Shown piece after piece: positions 32,635-42,344 of a stretch of 64,000 bases of DNA. Under the pieces are notes generated by a model. That model worked only from the letters and a program-made list of their open reading frames with translations, made no database searches and was not told where the DNA came from. The translations under genes and the position numbers were made by a program. The stretch's first letter is position 1, and every line of letters begins with the position of its first letter. Origin of the DNA: Alphaproteobacteria bacterium (GTDB lineage Bacteria > Pseudomonadota > Alphaproteobacteria > Bin95); NCBI GenBank assembly GCA_022826185.1, contig JAJDVH010000145.1, positions 2,951 to 66,950 of the forward strand, in the 5' to 3' direction.

Positions 32635-34023
32635 ATGAAGGCAGGCGGAGCGGAGCGCGGACCGGACCTCGAAGGATTGCGGGCCTTCGTGCGGGAGGGA
32701 GACCGCAACCGCGCGCGCTTCTTCGTCGGGCGAGAGGCGCAGATTCGCGACATCGAGCAGGCCTGCGCCGATGCGATGGCGGAATACCGGGCCGGCGGCA
32801 AGCTCGCCGGTGCGACCCGGCTGATTCAGGGGGCGCCGGGAGCCGGCAAAACGGCGCTGCTGAGCCATATCGCCGGCGTGGCCGAAAGAGTGGAAAAGCA
32901 ACGATCCGGCGCGTGGCGGTGGTTCTTGCGCCAGGCGGACGAAAAGGAATCGCAGCCGAGCGTATTGCTTGTCGATGTCAGTGACCTGAGCCATCCGGCG
33001 CGTCTGGTCCTGCGCATTGCCGAAAGGCTGGACCCGAAAAAAGCGCGAAAACTGCGGCAGACCCGCAGCCACAGCATCGGTGTGCAGGCTGGAACGGACG
33101 GCTTTGGGGCCAGCGGCGGCGAAACTGTTGCAACCGCGCCGCCATATGCCGGTTTCGCGGAACTCGGCGCGCTATTCCCGCCGAAGGACTGGCCGGGGCC
33201 GCTCTGTCTCATGGTGGACGAAGTCCAGACGCTGCAGGCGGAACAGGCGCCTGTCTTGCAGTCCCTGCATCTCGCGACCGCCGGCCTGCCGGTCGTGCCC
33301 GTTCTTGCCGGGCTGGCGAACGCGCGCGACGTATTGGCCCGGTGCGGTATATCCCGCCTTAACGAAGACGGCGTGCATACGCTCGGGCGCCTGGAGGCCG
33401 GGGAACCGGCGGAGGCGGTGCGCCGGATGCTGGACGCCTACCGGGTGGACATTGCGGGAGCCGATGCCGGGCGCTGGGCGGAGCGGCTCGAAGAGCACTC
33501 GGACCGCTGGCCCCAGCACCTGCAGAACGCGATGCGGTCTCTGGCCGAGGAACTGGTCGAGGCGGAAGGTGTGCTGGCGGCGGTCGATGAGGCGGCAGTG
33601 TCGGCGGGGTCGCTGGAGCACCGGATGAGGGCATACCGGGCGCGGCGAAGCCCCCGGATGCAGGAGGCTGTGTTCCTGCTTGCCCGTGTGATGGCAGGGG
33701 TACCGGAGTCGGGCCTGCGCCGGAATGAGGCGGTCGCTGTCATTGGAAACCGCGCAAGGCAGGGCGGCGATTGCGGCTGGGATCTGCCGCAGGGGATGTC
33801 GGCCGGAGATTTCCTGGACCATTTAGTCCATCGGGGCGCATTGCAGAGCGGGGAGGACGACAGGCTGATCTGCCCGATTCCGAGCTTCCGCCGATTCCTC
33901 ATGGAGGAAGGCGCGCGCGCACTTGCCGACATCGGTTCCGACGGTCCTGATACCGGCGCCTTTATCGACGAAGTGATGCCGGAATTGGACCTGCTCGATT
34001 CCGGTCCACACTCGCCGCAATGA
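32635..34023 (+). CDS. P-loop NTPase, AAA_16/STAND-like
   Basis: FVGREAQIRDIEQ (AAA_16 N-terminal hallmark), Walker A GAPGAGKT, Walker B CLMVDEVQ. 462 aa, no C-terminal repeat domain. Confidence 0.65.
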   Translation: MKAGGAERGPDLEGLRAFVREGDRNRARFFVGREAQIRDIEQACADAMAEYRAGGKLAGATRLIQGAPGAGKTALLSHIAGVAERVEKQRSGAWRWFLRQADEKESQPSVLLVDVSDLSHPARLVLRIAERLDPKKARKLRQTRSHSIGVQAGTDGFGASGGETVATAPPYAGFAELGALFPPKDWPGPLCLMVDEVQTLQAEQAPVLQSLHLATAGLPVVPVLAGLANARDVLARCGISRLNEDGVHTLGRLEAGEPAEAVRRMLDAYRVDIAGADAGRWAERLEEHSDRWPQHLQNAMRSLAEELVEAEGVLAAVDEAAVSAGSLEHRMRAYRARRSPRMQEAVFLLARVMAGVPESGLRRNEAVAVIGNRARQGGDCGWDLPQGMSAGDFLDHLVHRGALQSGEDDRLICPIPSFRRFLMEEGARALADIGSDGPDTGAFIDEVMPELDLLDSGPHSPQ

Positions 34024-34030
34024 CGAAGCC

Positions 34031-35617
34031 GTGCAGGCCGCCCTGAAGCCGAGCCGGGTGAATCCGGTCTATCCGTTCCGGAAGCCCGCCGATCTGGACG
34101 GGCGCGAGAGGCATTACCCGGTCTGCGTCGTCGGGGCCGGGCCGGTGGGGCTGGCCGCCGCCATCGACCTGAAGCTTCGCGGCGTCGATGTAGTGCTGGT
34201 GGACGAGGACGACACGGTCAGCGCCGGGTCCCGCCTCATCTGCCTCGCCAAGCGGACGCTGGAGATCCTCGCGCGCCTCGGCGTCGGCCCCGAACTCGCC
34301 GCGAAGGGCGTTGTCTGGAACCGGGGCAAGGTCTTTCACGGCGACGAGCTTGTCTATGCCTTCGACCTGCTGCCGGAGGAGGGGCACCGCTGGCCGGCTT
34401 TCATCAACATCCAGCAATATTATGTCGAGGAGTATCTGGTGGACCGCGCCCGGTCGCTCGGCATCGACCTGCGCTGGAAGACCCGGCTCACAGGGACCGA
34501 GGACCTTGGCGACGGCGTCCGCGCGCGGGTCTCGACGCCGGCCGGCGGCTATTCCTTCACCTGCGAGTGGCTGCTCGCCTGCGACGGGGTGCGCTCCGCC
34601 GTGCGCGACGGTCTGGACCTGCCGTTTCGCGGCCGGTCCTTTCCCGACCGCTTCCTGATCGCGGATGTCCGGATGAAGGCGGCGTTCCCGGCGGAGCGCC
34701 GCTTCTGGTTCGACCCGCCGTTCCACGCGGGCCGCTCGGCGCTGCTCCACAAGCAGCCGGACGACATCTGGCGCATCGACCTCCAGCTCGGACCCGACGC
34801 CGACCCGGACGAAGAAGCGAAGCCCGAAAGAGTGCTCCCGCGCATCCGGGCGATGATCGGCCCCGATACGCCCTTCGATCTGGAATGGGTCTCCGTCTAT
34901 ACCTTCCGCTGCCGCCGGCTCGAACGGTTCCGCCACGGCCGGATCTTCTTTCTCGGCGACGCCGCGCACCAGGTCTCCCCCTTCGGCGCGCGGGGCGGCA
35001 ACGGCGGCATCCAGGACGCCGACAATCTCGCCTGGAAGCTCGCGGAGACGATCGGAGGCCGGGCGGGGCCGGCGCTGCTCGACAGCTACGAGGCCGAGCG
35101 CATTCCGGCCGCCGACGAGAACATCCTGAACTCCTCGCGCTCGACCGACTTCATGACGCCGGTCGGCGGCGCGGCCGAGGCGTTCCGCGACGCCGCGCTC
35201 TCGCTGTCGCGCCGCCATGCCTTCGCGCGCAGCTTCGTCAATAGCGGGCGGCTCTCGACGCCGGCGCTGCTGGCCGGCTCGCCGCTCTCGACGCCCGACT
35301 GCGCGGACTTCGAGGGCCCGATGCAGCCGGGCGCGGCGGCGGTGGACGCGCCCTTCGACGACGGCTGGTGGCTGGACCGGCTCGATGGCGGCTTCGCGCT
35401 GCTCCATTTTTCCGAACGGGACGAGAATACGCCGAAGCATCCGGAGGGGATTGCGATGCACTGCGCGAGGTCCGACGGCCTGCTGGCGGCGCGCTACGAC
35501 GGGCGGCCCGGCACCACCTGGCTCTTTCGGCCCGACCAGCATGTCGCGGCGCGCTGGCGCAGCTTCGATCCCGCCCTTGTCGGCGCGGCGGTGGACCGCG
35601 CAAGGGGCCGGTCGTGA
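34031..35617 (+). CDS. FAD-dependent monooxygenase (PheA/TfdB/MhpA family)
   Basis: GAGPVGL, GDAAH and RIFFLGDAAH motifs. 528 aa. Confidence 0.8.
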   Translation: MQAALKPSRVNPVYPFRKPADLDGRERHYPVCVVGAGPVGLAAAIDLKLRGVDVVLVDEDDTVSAGSRLICLAKRTLEILARLGVGPELAAKGVVWNRGKVFHGDELVYAFDLLPEEGHRWPAFINIQQYYVEEYLVDRARSLGIDLRWKTRLTGTEDLGDGVRARVSTPAGGYSFTCEWLLACDGVRSAVRDGLDLPFRGRSFPDRFLIADVRMKAAFPAERRFWFDPPFHAGRSALLHKQPDDIWRIDLQLGPDADPDEEAKPERVLPRIRAMIGPDTPFDLEWVSVYTFRCRRLERFRHGRIFFLGDAAHQVSPFGARGGNGGIQDADNLAWKLAETIGGRAGPALLDSYEAERIPAADENILNSSRSTDFMTPVGGAAEAFRDAALSLSRRHAFARSFVNSGRLSTPALLAGSPLSTPDCADFEGPMQPGAAAVDAPFDDGWWLDRLDGGFALLHFSERDENTPKHPEGIAMHCARSDGLLAARYDGRPGTTWLFRPDQHVAARWRSFDPALVGAAVDRARGRS

Positions 35618-35829
35618 ACCGGGCCGACGACGTCTTCGCCGCCCTGGTGGAGGCGCACCGGGAGCTGGACGAGGCCGAAAGCCGGCGGCTCGACGCCCGG
35701 CTCATCCTGCTGCTCGCCAACGAGGTCGGCGACGGCGAACGGGTGCTCGCGCTCATCCGGGACGCACGCGCCGACGGGGCCGGATCTGTACAATCGACCG
35801 GCGCGGCCGGGAAAGGAGAAGGTGGATGA
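35614..35829 (+). CDS. small DUF2783-like protein
   Basis: GTG start overlapping the monooxygenase stop. ADDVFAALVEAHRELDEAE... resembles small partners of MhpA-like monooxygenases. Weak. Confidence 0.3.
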   Translation: MNRADDVFAALVEAHRELDEAESRRLDARLILLLANEVGDGERVLALIRDARADGAGSVQSTGAAGKGEGG

Positions 35830-36539
35830 AGCTGCTCGTTTTCCAGCATGTGGAGTCCGAACATCCCGGATCGTTGCGGCAGTTTCTCGCCCGGGACGGG
35901 GTGCAATGGGACGCCGTCGAACTCGATGAAGGCGATCCGATCCCGGCTCTGGACGGGTACGACGCCCTCTGGGTCATGGGCGGGCCGATGGATGTCTGGG
36001 ATATCGAGGACAATCCCTGGCTCGTGGCCGAGAAAGCGGCGATCCGCCGCTGGGTGCGCGAGTTGGGAAGGCCCTTTCTCGGTATCTGCCTCGGCCACCA
36101 GTTGCTGGCGGATGCGCTCGGCGGCACTTGCGGGCCCCAGAGGCCGCCGGAAATCGGGGTGATGGACATCGAACTGACCGAAGACGGGCGGAACGACCGG
36201 CTGATGCGGGGATTGCCGGTCAGGCAGAAATGTCTCCAGTGGCATAGCGTCCGGGTCGCCCAGGCGCCGGAGGACGCCACCGTCCTCGCAAGGTCGCCCC
36301 TGTCCCCGATTCAGGCGATGCGGGTGAACGAGAACGCCTGGTCGATGCAGTATCATGTCGAAGTCGAGCCGGACACCGTGGAAAACTGGGCCGAAATTCC
36401 CGATTACCTGGAGGACCTGATCGCGGAGATGGGCGACGACGGAGTCGCCGAATTGCGCGCCATGGCCGAGCGGGAAATGCCCGGATTCCTGCGGGCATCG
36501 GAGACGCTCTACCGGAACTTCATGGAAGCCGCGCGATAG
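35826..36539 (+). CDS. class I glutamine amidotransferase-like protein
   Basis: LGICLGHQ (catalytic Cys) and HxE-like C-terminus. Confidence 0.75.
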   Translation: MKLLVFQHVESEHPGSLRQFLARDGVQWDAVELDEGDPIPALDGYDALWVMGGPMDVWDIEDNPWLVAEKAAIRRWVRELGRPFLGICLGHQLLADALGGTCGPQRPPEIGVMDIELTEDGRNDRLMRGLPVRQKCLQWHSVRVAQAPEDATVLARSPLSPIQAMRVNENAWSMQYHVEVEPDTVENWAEIPDYLEDLIAEMGDDGVAELRAMAEREMPGFLRASETLYRNFMEAAR

Positions 36540-36735
36540 GTTCTTCGACGGAAAGCGGGCATGACGGCTGAATTCACGGGAGGCCGTGGCTTTGAAGAGA
36601 AATTCGGAGTAGCATGGCTGGCGGAAACCCGGTTCGGCGCATCTGCGTCCCGGCACGACAGGGTTGCCCGAACAGGGGCCGGAAGCGGCCGCCTCATCTG
36701 CGGCGCGGCTGCCAAACTTGAGGGGAGGGCAAACC

Positions 36736-37734
36736 ATGAAGAGAAAACTGCATGCAGTCGCCGCCATAGCCGCATCGGCGATGGTCGCCATGGCCGCGAG
36801 TTCCCAGGCGGCCGACGTCACGGTCGGCTTCCAGCTCGTCTACGGGCCGTGGAAGGCCAAGATGGAGGAGCTCAAGGCCAACGGTCTCGGCGGCAAGAGC
36901 ATCGAGTTCGTGAAGTTCACCTCCGGCACCGAGGTCATCAACGCCATGGCGTCGGGCTCGGTGGACATCTCGCTCAACGGCTCGTCGCCGACAGCGGCGG
37001 GCTACAGCCGCGGCGTCGACCTCCAGGTCATCTACGTCTACGACAACATCAACAATGCCGAGGCGCTGGTCGTCGACGACTCGGTAACCGCTCCGCAGGA
37101 TCTGAAGGGGAAGACGATCGCGGTTCCCTTCGGCTCCACGACCCATTTCCACATGATGTTCGCGCTTGAGCAGTTCAACATCCCGACGGGCGACCTCGAA
37201 GTGCTCGACATGTCGCCGCCGGACATGGTGGCGGCCTGGGAGCGCGGGGACATCAATGGCGGGTTCGTGTGGGACCCCGCCCTTGGCCGCATGAAGGAAA
37301 AGGGCAGGGTGCTGCTGACCTCGGGCGACCTCAGCAATTGGGGCAAGGCCACCTTCGACGCCATGGTGGCGCGCAAGGGCTTCACCGACGAGAACCCGGA
37401 ATTCGCCTGCCAGTGGGTCAAGATGGTGTCCTCGGCCGATGCCGACTATCGCATGAACCCTGGCGCCTACGGGCCGGGCACGGACAATGCGATGGGCATC
37501 GCCGACGCGGTTTCCGGCAATGCGGACCAGGTGGGCGGCGTGCTCGCGCTCTACGACTACCCGACGCTTGAGGAGCAGGTGTCGGCAACCTGGCTCGGCG
37601 GCGGCGTGCAGAACGCGCTGATGGCGGCCTCGGAGTTCCTGGTGTCGCAGGGCAAGCTGGACAACGTGCTCGACGACTATTCCGACAGCGCTACGCCCAA
37701 GTTCGCCCAGATGGTGCTGGACGGCGGCTGCTGA
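36736..37734 (+). CDS. ABC transporter substrate-binding protein (NMT1/TauA-like, aliphatic sulfonate/nitrate family)
   Basis: Signal peptide. TauA/SsuA-like pattern. Confidence 0.8.
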   Translation: MKRKLHAVAAIAASAMVAMAASSQAADVTVGFQLVYGPWKAKMEELKANGLGGKSIEFVKFTSGTEVINAMASGSVDISLNGSSPTAAGYSRGVDLQVIYVYDNINNAEALVVDDSVTAPQDLKGKTIAVPFGSTTHFHMMFALEQFNIPTGDLEVLDMSPPDMVAAWERGDINGGFVWDPALGRMKEKGRVLLTSGDLSNWGKATFDAMVARKGFTDENPEFACQWVKMVSSADADYRMNPGAYGPGTDNAMGIADAVSGNADQVGGVLALYDYPTLEEQVSATWLGGGVQNALMAASEFLVSQGKLDNVLDDYSDSATPKFAQMVLDGGC

Positions 37735-37800
37735 GCGGTTGGATGGATGGCCCCGGCTCTCCGGCCGGGGCTGTCCGCTTCAGGCGCAGTCCGTTTGCCA

Positions 37801-38601
37801 ATGACCGCGGTCGTTAGTCTCAATCGCGTGACCGTCGAGTTTCCGGCGGTCGACGGCGAGGGCGTGGTCAGGGCGCTGGACGATGTGAGCCTCGATTTCC
37901 GCGACAACGAGTTCGTCGTGGCGCTCGGTGCGTCGGGCTGCGGCAAGACGACATTGCTCAATGTCATCGCCGGCTTCCTGCAGCCGACCTCGGGAGAGGT
38001 CCTCCACAGGGACGAGCCGATCCGCGGCCCCGGCTCGGACCGGGGCGTGGTGTTCCAGAAGCACGCCCTCCTGCCCTGGCTCAATGTGCTCGAGAACACC
38101 GAGTTCGGGCTGAAGCTCCAGGGAGTTGCGAAGGACGAGCGGCTTTCCAGGGCCCGCGACTATCTGGCCCTGGTGGGGCTGTCGGATTTCGAGCGCTATC
38201 CGGTCTACCAGCTGTCGGGAGGCATGCAGCAGCGTGTCGGCCTTGCCCGCGCGCTGACCTGCGACCCCGACATGCTGCTCATGGACGAGCCTCTGGGCGC
38301 GCTCGATGCCTTCACGCGCGAAAACATGCAGGAGCTTGTCCTGGATGCGTGGAGTAAGACCCGGAAGGTCGTCTTCTTCATCACGCACAGCGTCGAGGAA
38401 GCCCTGTTCATGGCGACGCGCCTGATCGTGATGTCGCCGCGGCCGGGCCGGATAACGCACACTTACGACATCGGCTTCTGCCGCCGCTTCCTCGAGACCG
38501 GCAATGCGAGGGCGGTCAAGTCTTCGCCGGAGTTCATCGCGCTTCGCGAGGAAATCCTCTCGATCATCTACGGCGAAGAAACGGGCGACGTGCTGCCATG
38601 A
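37801..38601 (+). CDS. ABC transporter ATP-binding protein (TauB/SsuB-like)
   Basis: Walker A GASGCGKTT, LSGGMQQR signature and Walker B LLMDEP. Confidence 0.85.
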   Translation: MTAVVSLNRVTVEFPAVDGEGVVRALDDVSLDFRDNEFVVALGASGCGKTTLLNVIAGFLQPTSGEVLHRDEPIRGPGSDRGVVFQKHALLPWLNVLENTEFGLKLQGVAKDERLSRARDYLALVGLSDFERYPVYQLSGGMQQRVGLARALTCDPDMLLMDEPLGALDAFTRENMQELVLDAWSKTRKVVFFITHSVEEALFMATRLIVMSPRPGRITHTYDIGFCRRFLETGNARAVKSSPEFIALREEILSIIYGEETGDVLP

Positions 38602-39491
38602 GGCTCGGGCTCTTCGGGCGGCGCGGGCCGCAGGCGGTCGAACAATATGGCGCGCCGGGGCGGGGCTCCGGCACGGCAATCAGCGCGGTCACGATCATCG
38701 TGATTCTCGGGGGCTGGTGGGTTGTCACCCAGCTCGGGCTGATCCGGCCCCTGTTCCTGCCGGCGCCGGAGATGGTGATCTCGAAGTTCGCCAGGATCGC
38801 CTGCACGGAGCATTACTTCGAGCAGTTGCTGGTCGTGGCCGGCGGTCTGGCCGAGGTCCAGGCGAAATGCCACGGATTCAGCGACCATGCGCTCCATGAG
38901 CACATCCTCTGGAGCCTCTACCGCGTCTTCGGCGCCTTTGCGCTTGCGACCGTGACCGCGGTGCCGATCGGCATTTCGATGGGCATGAGCCGCCATGCGC
39001 GCGGCGTCTTCGACCCGCCCATCGAGTTCTACCGCCCGATCCCGCCGCTCGCCTATCTGCCGTTGACGATCATCTGGTTCGGGATCGGCGAGTCCGGCAA
39101 GCTGTTCCTGATCTACCTTGCCTGTTTCGCGCCCATCGCCATCAATGCCCGCGCAGGCGTGCGCTCCGTGTCCATCGAGCAGATACACGCCGCCTATTCG
39201 ATGGGGGCGAGCCACCGCCAGGTCCTGCGCCAGGTCGTGCTGAAGGCCGCGCTTCCGGAGATCCTGACCGGCATGCGCGTGGCCATCGCCTTCGGCTGGA
39301 CGACCCTGGTGGCGGCCGAGATGGTGGCCGCCAAGGCGGGCATCGGCGTGATGGTGCTGAACGCCGCCCGGTTCCTCGCCACCGACATCGTCTTTCTCGG
39401 CATCATCGTCATCGGCGCGGTCGCGTTCGTCTTCGACCTCATCATGCGCCGGGTCGAACGCGCCCTCGTTCCCTGGAAGGGCAGGATGTGA
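38598..39491 (+). CDS. ABC transporter permease (TauC/SsuC-like)
   Basis: Multi-TM protein. EAA-like loop region. Overlaps the ATPase stop. Confidence 0.8.
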   Translation: MRLGLFGRRGPQAVEQYGAPGRGSGTAISAVTIIVILGGWWVVTQLGLIRPLFLPAPEMVISKFARIACTEHYFEQLLVVAGGLAEVQAKCHGFSDHALHEHILWSLYRVFGAFALATVTAVPIGISMGMSRHARGVFDPPIEFYRPIPPLAYLPLTIIWFGIGESGKLFLIYLACFAPIAINARAGVRSVSIEQIHAAYSMGASHRQVLRQVVLKAALPEILTGMRVAIAFGWTTLVAAEMVAAKAGIGVMVLNAARFLATDIVFLGIIVIGAVAFVFDLIMRRVERALVPWKGRM

Positions 39492-39506
39492 CGGCGCGGT
39501 CGCGCG

Positions 39507-40319
39507 TCACACCGGGCGGTCGCCCTCCAGGATGATGCGCCAGAGCGTCCGGGGGTGCCGGCGGTCGTAGTCGCCGTGGGCGCGGTGCATCGCGGCCCGG
39601 TTGTCGCAGACCACCATGTCGCCATGCCGCCAGCTGTGGCGATAGACGACGTCGTCCCGGATCGTGCGGTCCAGCAGGTCCTGCATGAGCGCCTGCGAGT
39701 CCTCGGGTGTCATGCCCTCGATGTAGTGCGCCTTGGAGATGTGGAAATAGAGGGCCTTCGAACCGTGCTCGGGATGGGTGCGCATCATGGGGTGGACGAC
39801 GGGGATGTCGTATTTCTCCAGGTCCTCATCCAGCGTCTGGGCCGCAAGGTGCCGGTCGATTCTGTTGACCGTCCGGAGTTTCGACAGGCGCTGCTGTTCT
39901 TCGCCGTCGAGACCGTTCCAGGCTGCGCGCATGTTCGCGAAGCTGGTGTCGCCGCCTTGCGGAGGGATTTCCACGCCGTAGAGGATCGTCGCCTTGGGCG
40001 GGCGCTCGCGGTTGGTGTGGTCCGTGTGCCAGAGTTCGGCCGGACGCTGGCCGTTGCGGTGCCAGATGCGCCCGATCATCGGCTGGTCCGGCATGTTGTG
40101 CTGGCTGAAATGCTGCGCCATCGGCTCGCCGAGCTGAGAGCAGGCCGCCAGGTATTCCGCAGGCGTGAAGCTCTGGTTGCGGAATACAAGCACGATGTGC
40201 TCGGCAAGGGCTGCGGCCACGGCCTGCCGGTCCGCGGCGGACAGAGTCCGGCGCAGGTCGAGGCCTTCGATCTCCGCGCCGAGCGACGGATGCAGCGGCT
40301 TCGGTGACGGGATGGTCAT
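39507..40319 (-). CDS. TauD/TfdA-family Fe(II)/2-oxoglutarate dioxygenase
   Basis: HTDHT... and ...HRA pattern of taurine dioxygenase family. Start at MTIPSPK. Confidence 0.8.
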   Translation of the reverse strand: MTIPSPKPLHPSLGAEIEGLDLRRTLSAADRQAVAAALAEHIVLVFRNQSFTPAEYLAACSQLGEPMAQHFSQHNMPDQPMIGRIWHRNGQRPAELWHTDHTNRERPPKATILYGVEIPPQGGDTSFANMRAAWNGLDGEEQQRLSKLRTVNRIDRHLAAQTLDEDLEKYDIPVVHPMMRTHPEHGSKALYFHISKAHYIEGMTPEDSQALMQDLLDRTIRDDVVYRHSWRHGDMVVCDNRAAMHRAHGDYDRRHPRTLWRIILEGDRPV

Positions 40320-40329
40320 GTCGCACTCC

Positions 40330-41820
40330 TCATTCCGGGTCGCGGCTGCGGCGCGCCGCCATCCGCGCGGCGATGGCGGGCCAGGTGAGGCCCAGGACCG
40401 CCATCGCAAAGAAGCCGCAGACGATCGGGCTTTCCAGCAGCCGCAGCCAGTCGTTGTCATACATGATCATAGACTGGCTGAGGGTCTCCTCCAGCATCCT
40501 GCCGAGAATGAGTCCCATGACGAGCGGGGCCGCGCCGAAACCGTGCCGGCGCATGATGAAGCCGACCGCCCCGGCGACCAGCATGACCCACACATCGAAG
40601 AACGAGCCGCTCAGGCTGTAGGCGCCGATCACGGAAAAGCCGAACACCATCGGCCACAGGAAGGTGCGCGGGATGAGGGTGATGCGCGCGAACAGCTTTG
40701 CGCCCACGAGGCCGATGACGAGGAAGGCGACATTGCCGACGGCCATGGCGCCGAAGATCGCATAGATGAACTCGGGCGTTTCCTGGATGAGATAAGGCCC
40801 GGGGCGGAAGCCGTGGGCGATGAGCGCGGCAAGGATAAGCGCCGTCGTGCCGCTGCCGGGAATGCCGAGCGCGAGCGTCGGGACCATCGCCCCGCCGGTC
40901 GCGGCATTGTTGGCGGCCTCGGGCCCGGCAATGCCTTCCGGCACGCCGGTGCCGAACTCGTGCTTGCGCCGCGACCAGCGCTTCGCCTCGTTGTAACCGA
41001 TAATGGCCGCGACCGTGCTGCCCTCCGCCGGCAGGATGCCGATGAAGGTGCCGATGCCGCTGGAGCGCAGCACCGTGCCGGCGACCCGGCGGATGTCTTC
41101 CCTGCTCGGCAGCTTCACCACCACGGACTTGATGCGTTCCAGCGCCATATCCGCCGTCTGGCTCTGGACCAGCATCTCCGAAACCGCGAACAGGCCGATC
41201 AGCACGGGCACGAACTCCACCCCCTCGGTCAGCTCGTGGAAGCCGAATGTGAAGCGCTCGATGCCGGTCCCGAGATGCGTGCCGACCGTGCTGATGAGCA
41301 CGCCGACCGCGCCTGCGATGAGGTTGCGGAGCGACGACCGGCCGCTGATCGAGGCGAGCATGCTGAGCGCAAAGACGGTCAGCGCGAAATATTCCGGAGG
41401 CCGGAACGACACCGCCACCTTGGCGAGCAGCGGCGTGGCGACGATGAAGACGACCAGCGACAGGAGGCCGCCGGTGACGCTGGAAACGGCCGCGAGGCCG
41501 AGCGCGCGCCCCGCCTCGCCCCGCCGGGCCATGGGGTAGCCGTCGAATGCGGTCGCCACCGCCGGCGGCGCGCCGGGCGCGTTGATGAGGATTGCGGTAA
41601 TCGAGCCGCCGAACGTGCCGGCGCAATAGAGCGCCGCCATCATGCAGATCGCCGATACCGGCTCCAGCATGATGGTGAAGGGCAGCAGCAGGGCGATGGC
41701 GAGCGGCGAGGACAGGCCGGGCAGCGCGCCGAACAGCACCCCGATCAGCACGCCCGCAATCACCAGCGCCATGTTGTAGAGGCTGAAGGCGAGCCCGAGG
41801 CCTTCGAGGATCGGTTCCAT
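40330..41820 (-). CDS. tctA: tripartite tricarboxylate transporter permease TctA
   Basis: 496-aa polytopic membrane protein with TctA signature. Confidence 0.85.
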   Translation of the reverse strand: MEPILEGLGLAFSLYNMALVIAGVLIGVLFGALPGLSSPLAIALLLPFTIMLEPVSAICMMAALYCAGTFGGSITAILINAPGAPPAVATAFDGYPMARRGEAGRALGLAAVSSVTGGLLSLVVFIVATPLLAKVAVSFRPPEYFALTVFALSMLASISGRSSLRNLIAGAVGVLISTVGTHLGTGIERFTFGFHELTEGVEFVPVLIGLFAVSEMLVQSQTADMALERIKSVVVKLPSREDIRRVAGTVLRSSGIGTFIGILPAEGSTVAAIIGYNEAKRWSRRKHEFGTGVPEGIAGPEAANNAATGGAMVPTLALGIPGSGTTALILAALIAHGFRPGPYLIQETPEFIYAIFGAMAVGNVAFLVIGLVGAKLFARITLIPRTFLWPMVFGFSVIGAYSLSGSFFDVWVMLVAGAVGFIMRRHGFGAAPLVMGLILGRMLEETLSQSMIMYDNDWLRLLESPIVCGFFAMAVLGLTWPAIAARMAARRSRDPE

Positions 41821-41829
41821 CCCCTGCGC

Positions 41830-42333
41830 TCAGTTCAGGCTCAGGCCGAAGACGCCCGGCTGGAAGTAGATCTGGAAGGCCTGGGTGAACAGCACCATTA
41901 CGGCGGTCGGGAAGCCCAGGGCGAAGGCGGTAAGCGGAACCCGGCGCCTTTCGCCCCAGAGCAGCGGCAGGGCGAAGCAGATCGCCACCAGCGTCAGGTA
42001 GGTGCCGAGCCACTCCGCCGCCGCGACCAGCACCAGCGCGGCGGCGAAAGTGACATAGGCGATCGGCTGGACCGCGACCCTGCGGTCCTCGTCGAGGCCG
42101 CTGTCGCCCCTCTTGCTGCGGAACGCATGTTCGAACGGCAGGAGCAGGGCGAGGATGCCGATCGTCCACAGCAGCAGCCGCGGGAAGAACTCCGGCTGTA
42201 TGGTGTCGGCGAAGAGCGGCGACACCTCCTCGAAGGTCGTGCTCAGGTAGAAGCCTGCGCCGACCAGCGCGAGGATCGTCAGGCTGAGCGCCAGGTCGGT
42301 GCGATGCACCCGGCCCAGCGCCGACCGCCACAT
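41830..42333 (-). CDS. tctB: tripartite tricarboxylate transporter TctB
   Basis: 167 aa, 4 TM helices, position between tctC and tctA. Confidence 0.7.
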   Translation of the reverse strand: MWRSALGRVHRTDLALSLTILALVGAGFYLSTTFEEVSPLFADTIQPEFFPRLLLWTIGILALLLPFEHAFRSKRGDSGLDEDRRVAVQPIAYVTFAAALVLVAAAEWLGTYLTLVAICFALPLLWGERRRVPLTAFALGFPTAVMVLFTQAFQIYFQPGVFGLSLN

Positions 42334-42344
42334 GAGGATATCCT

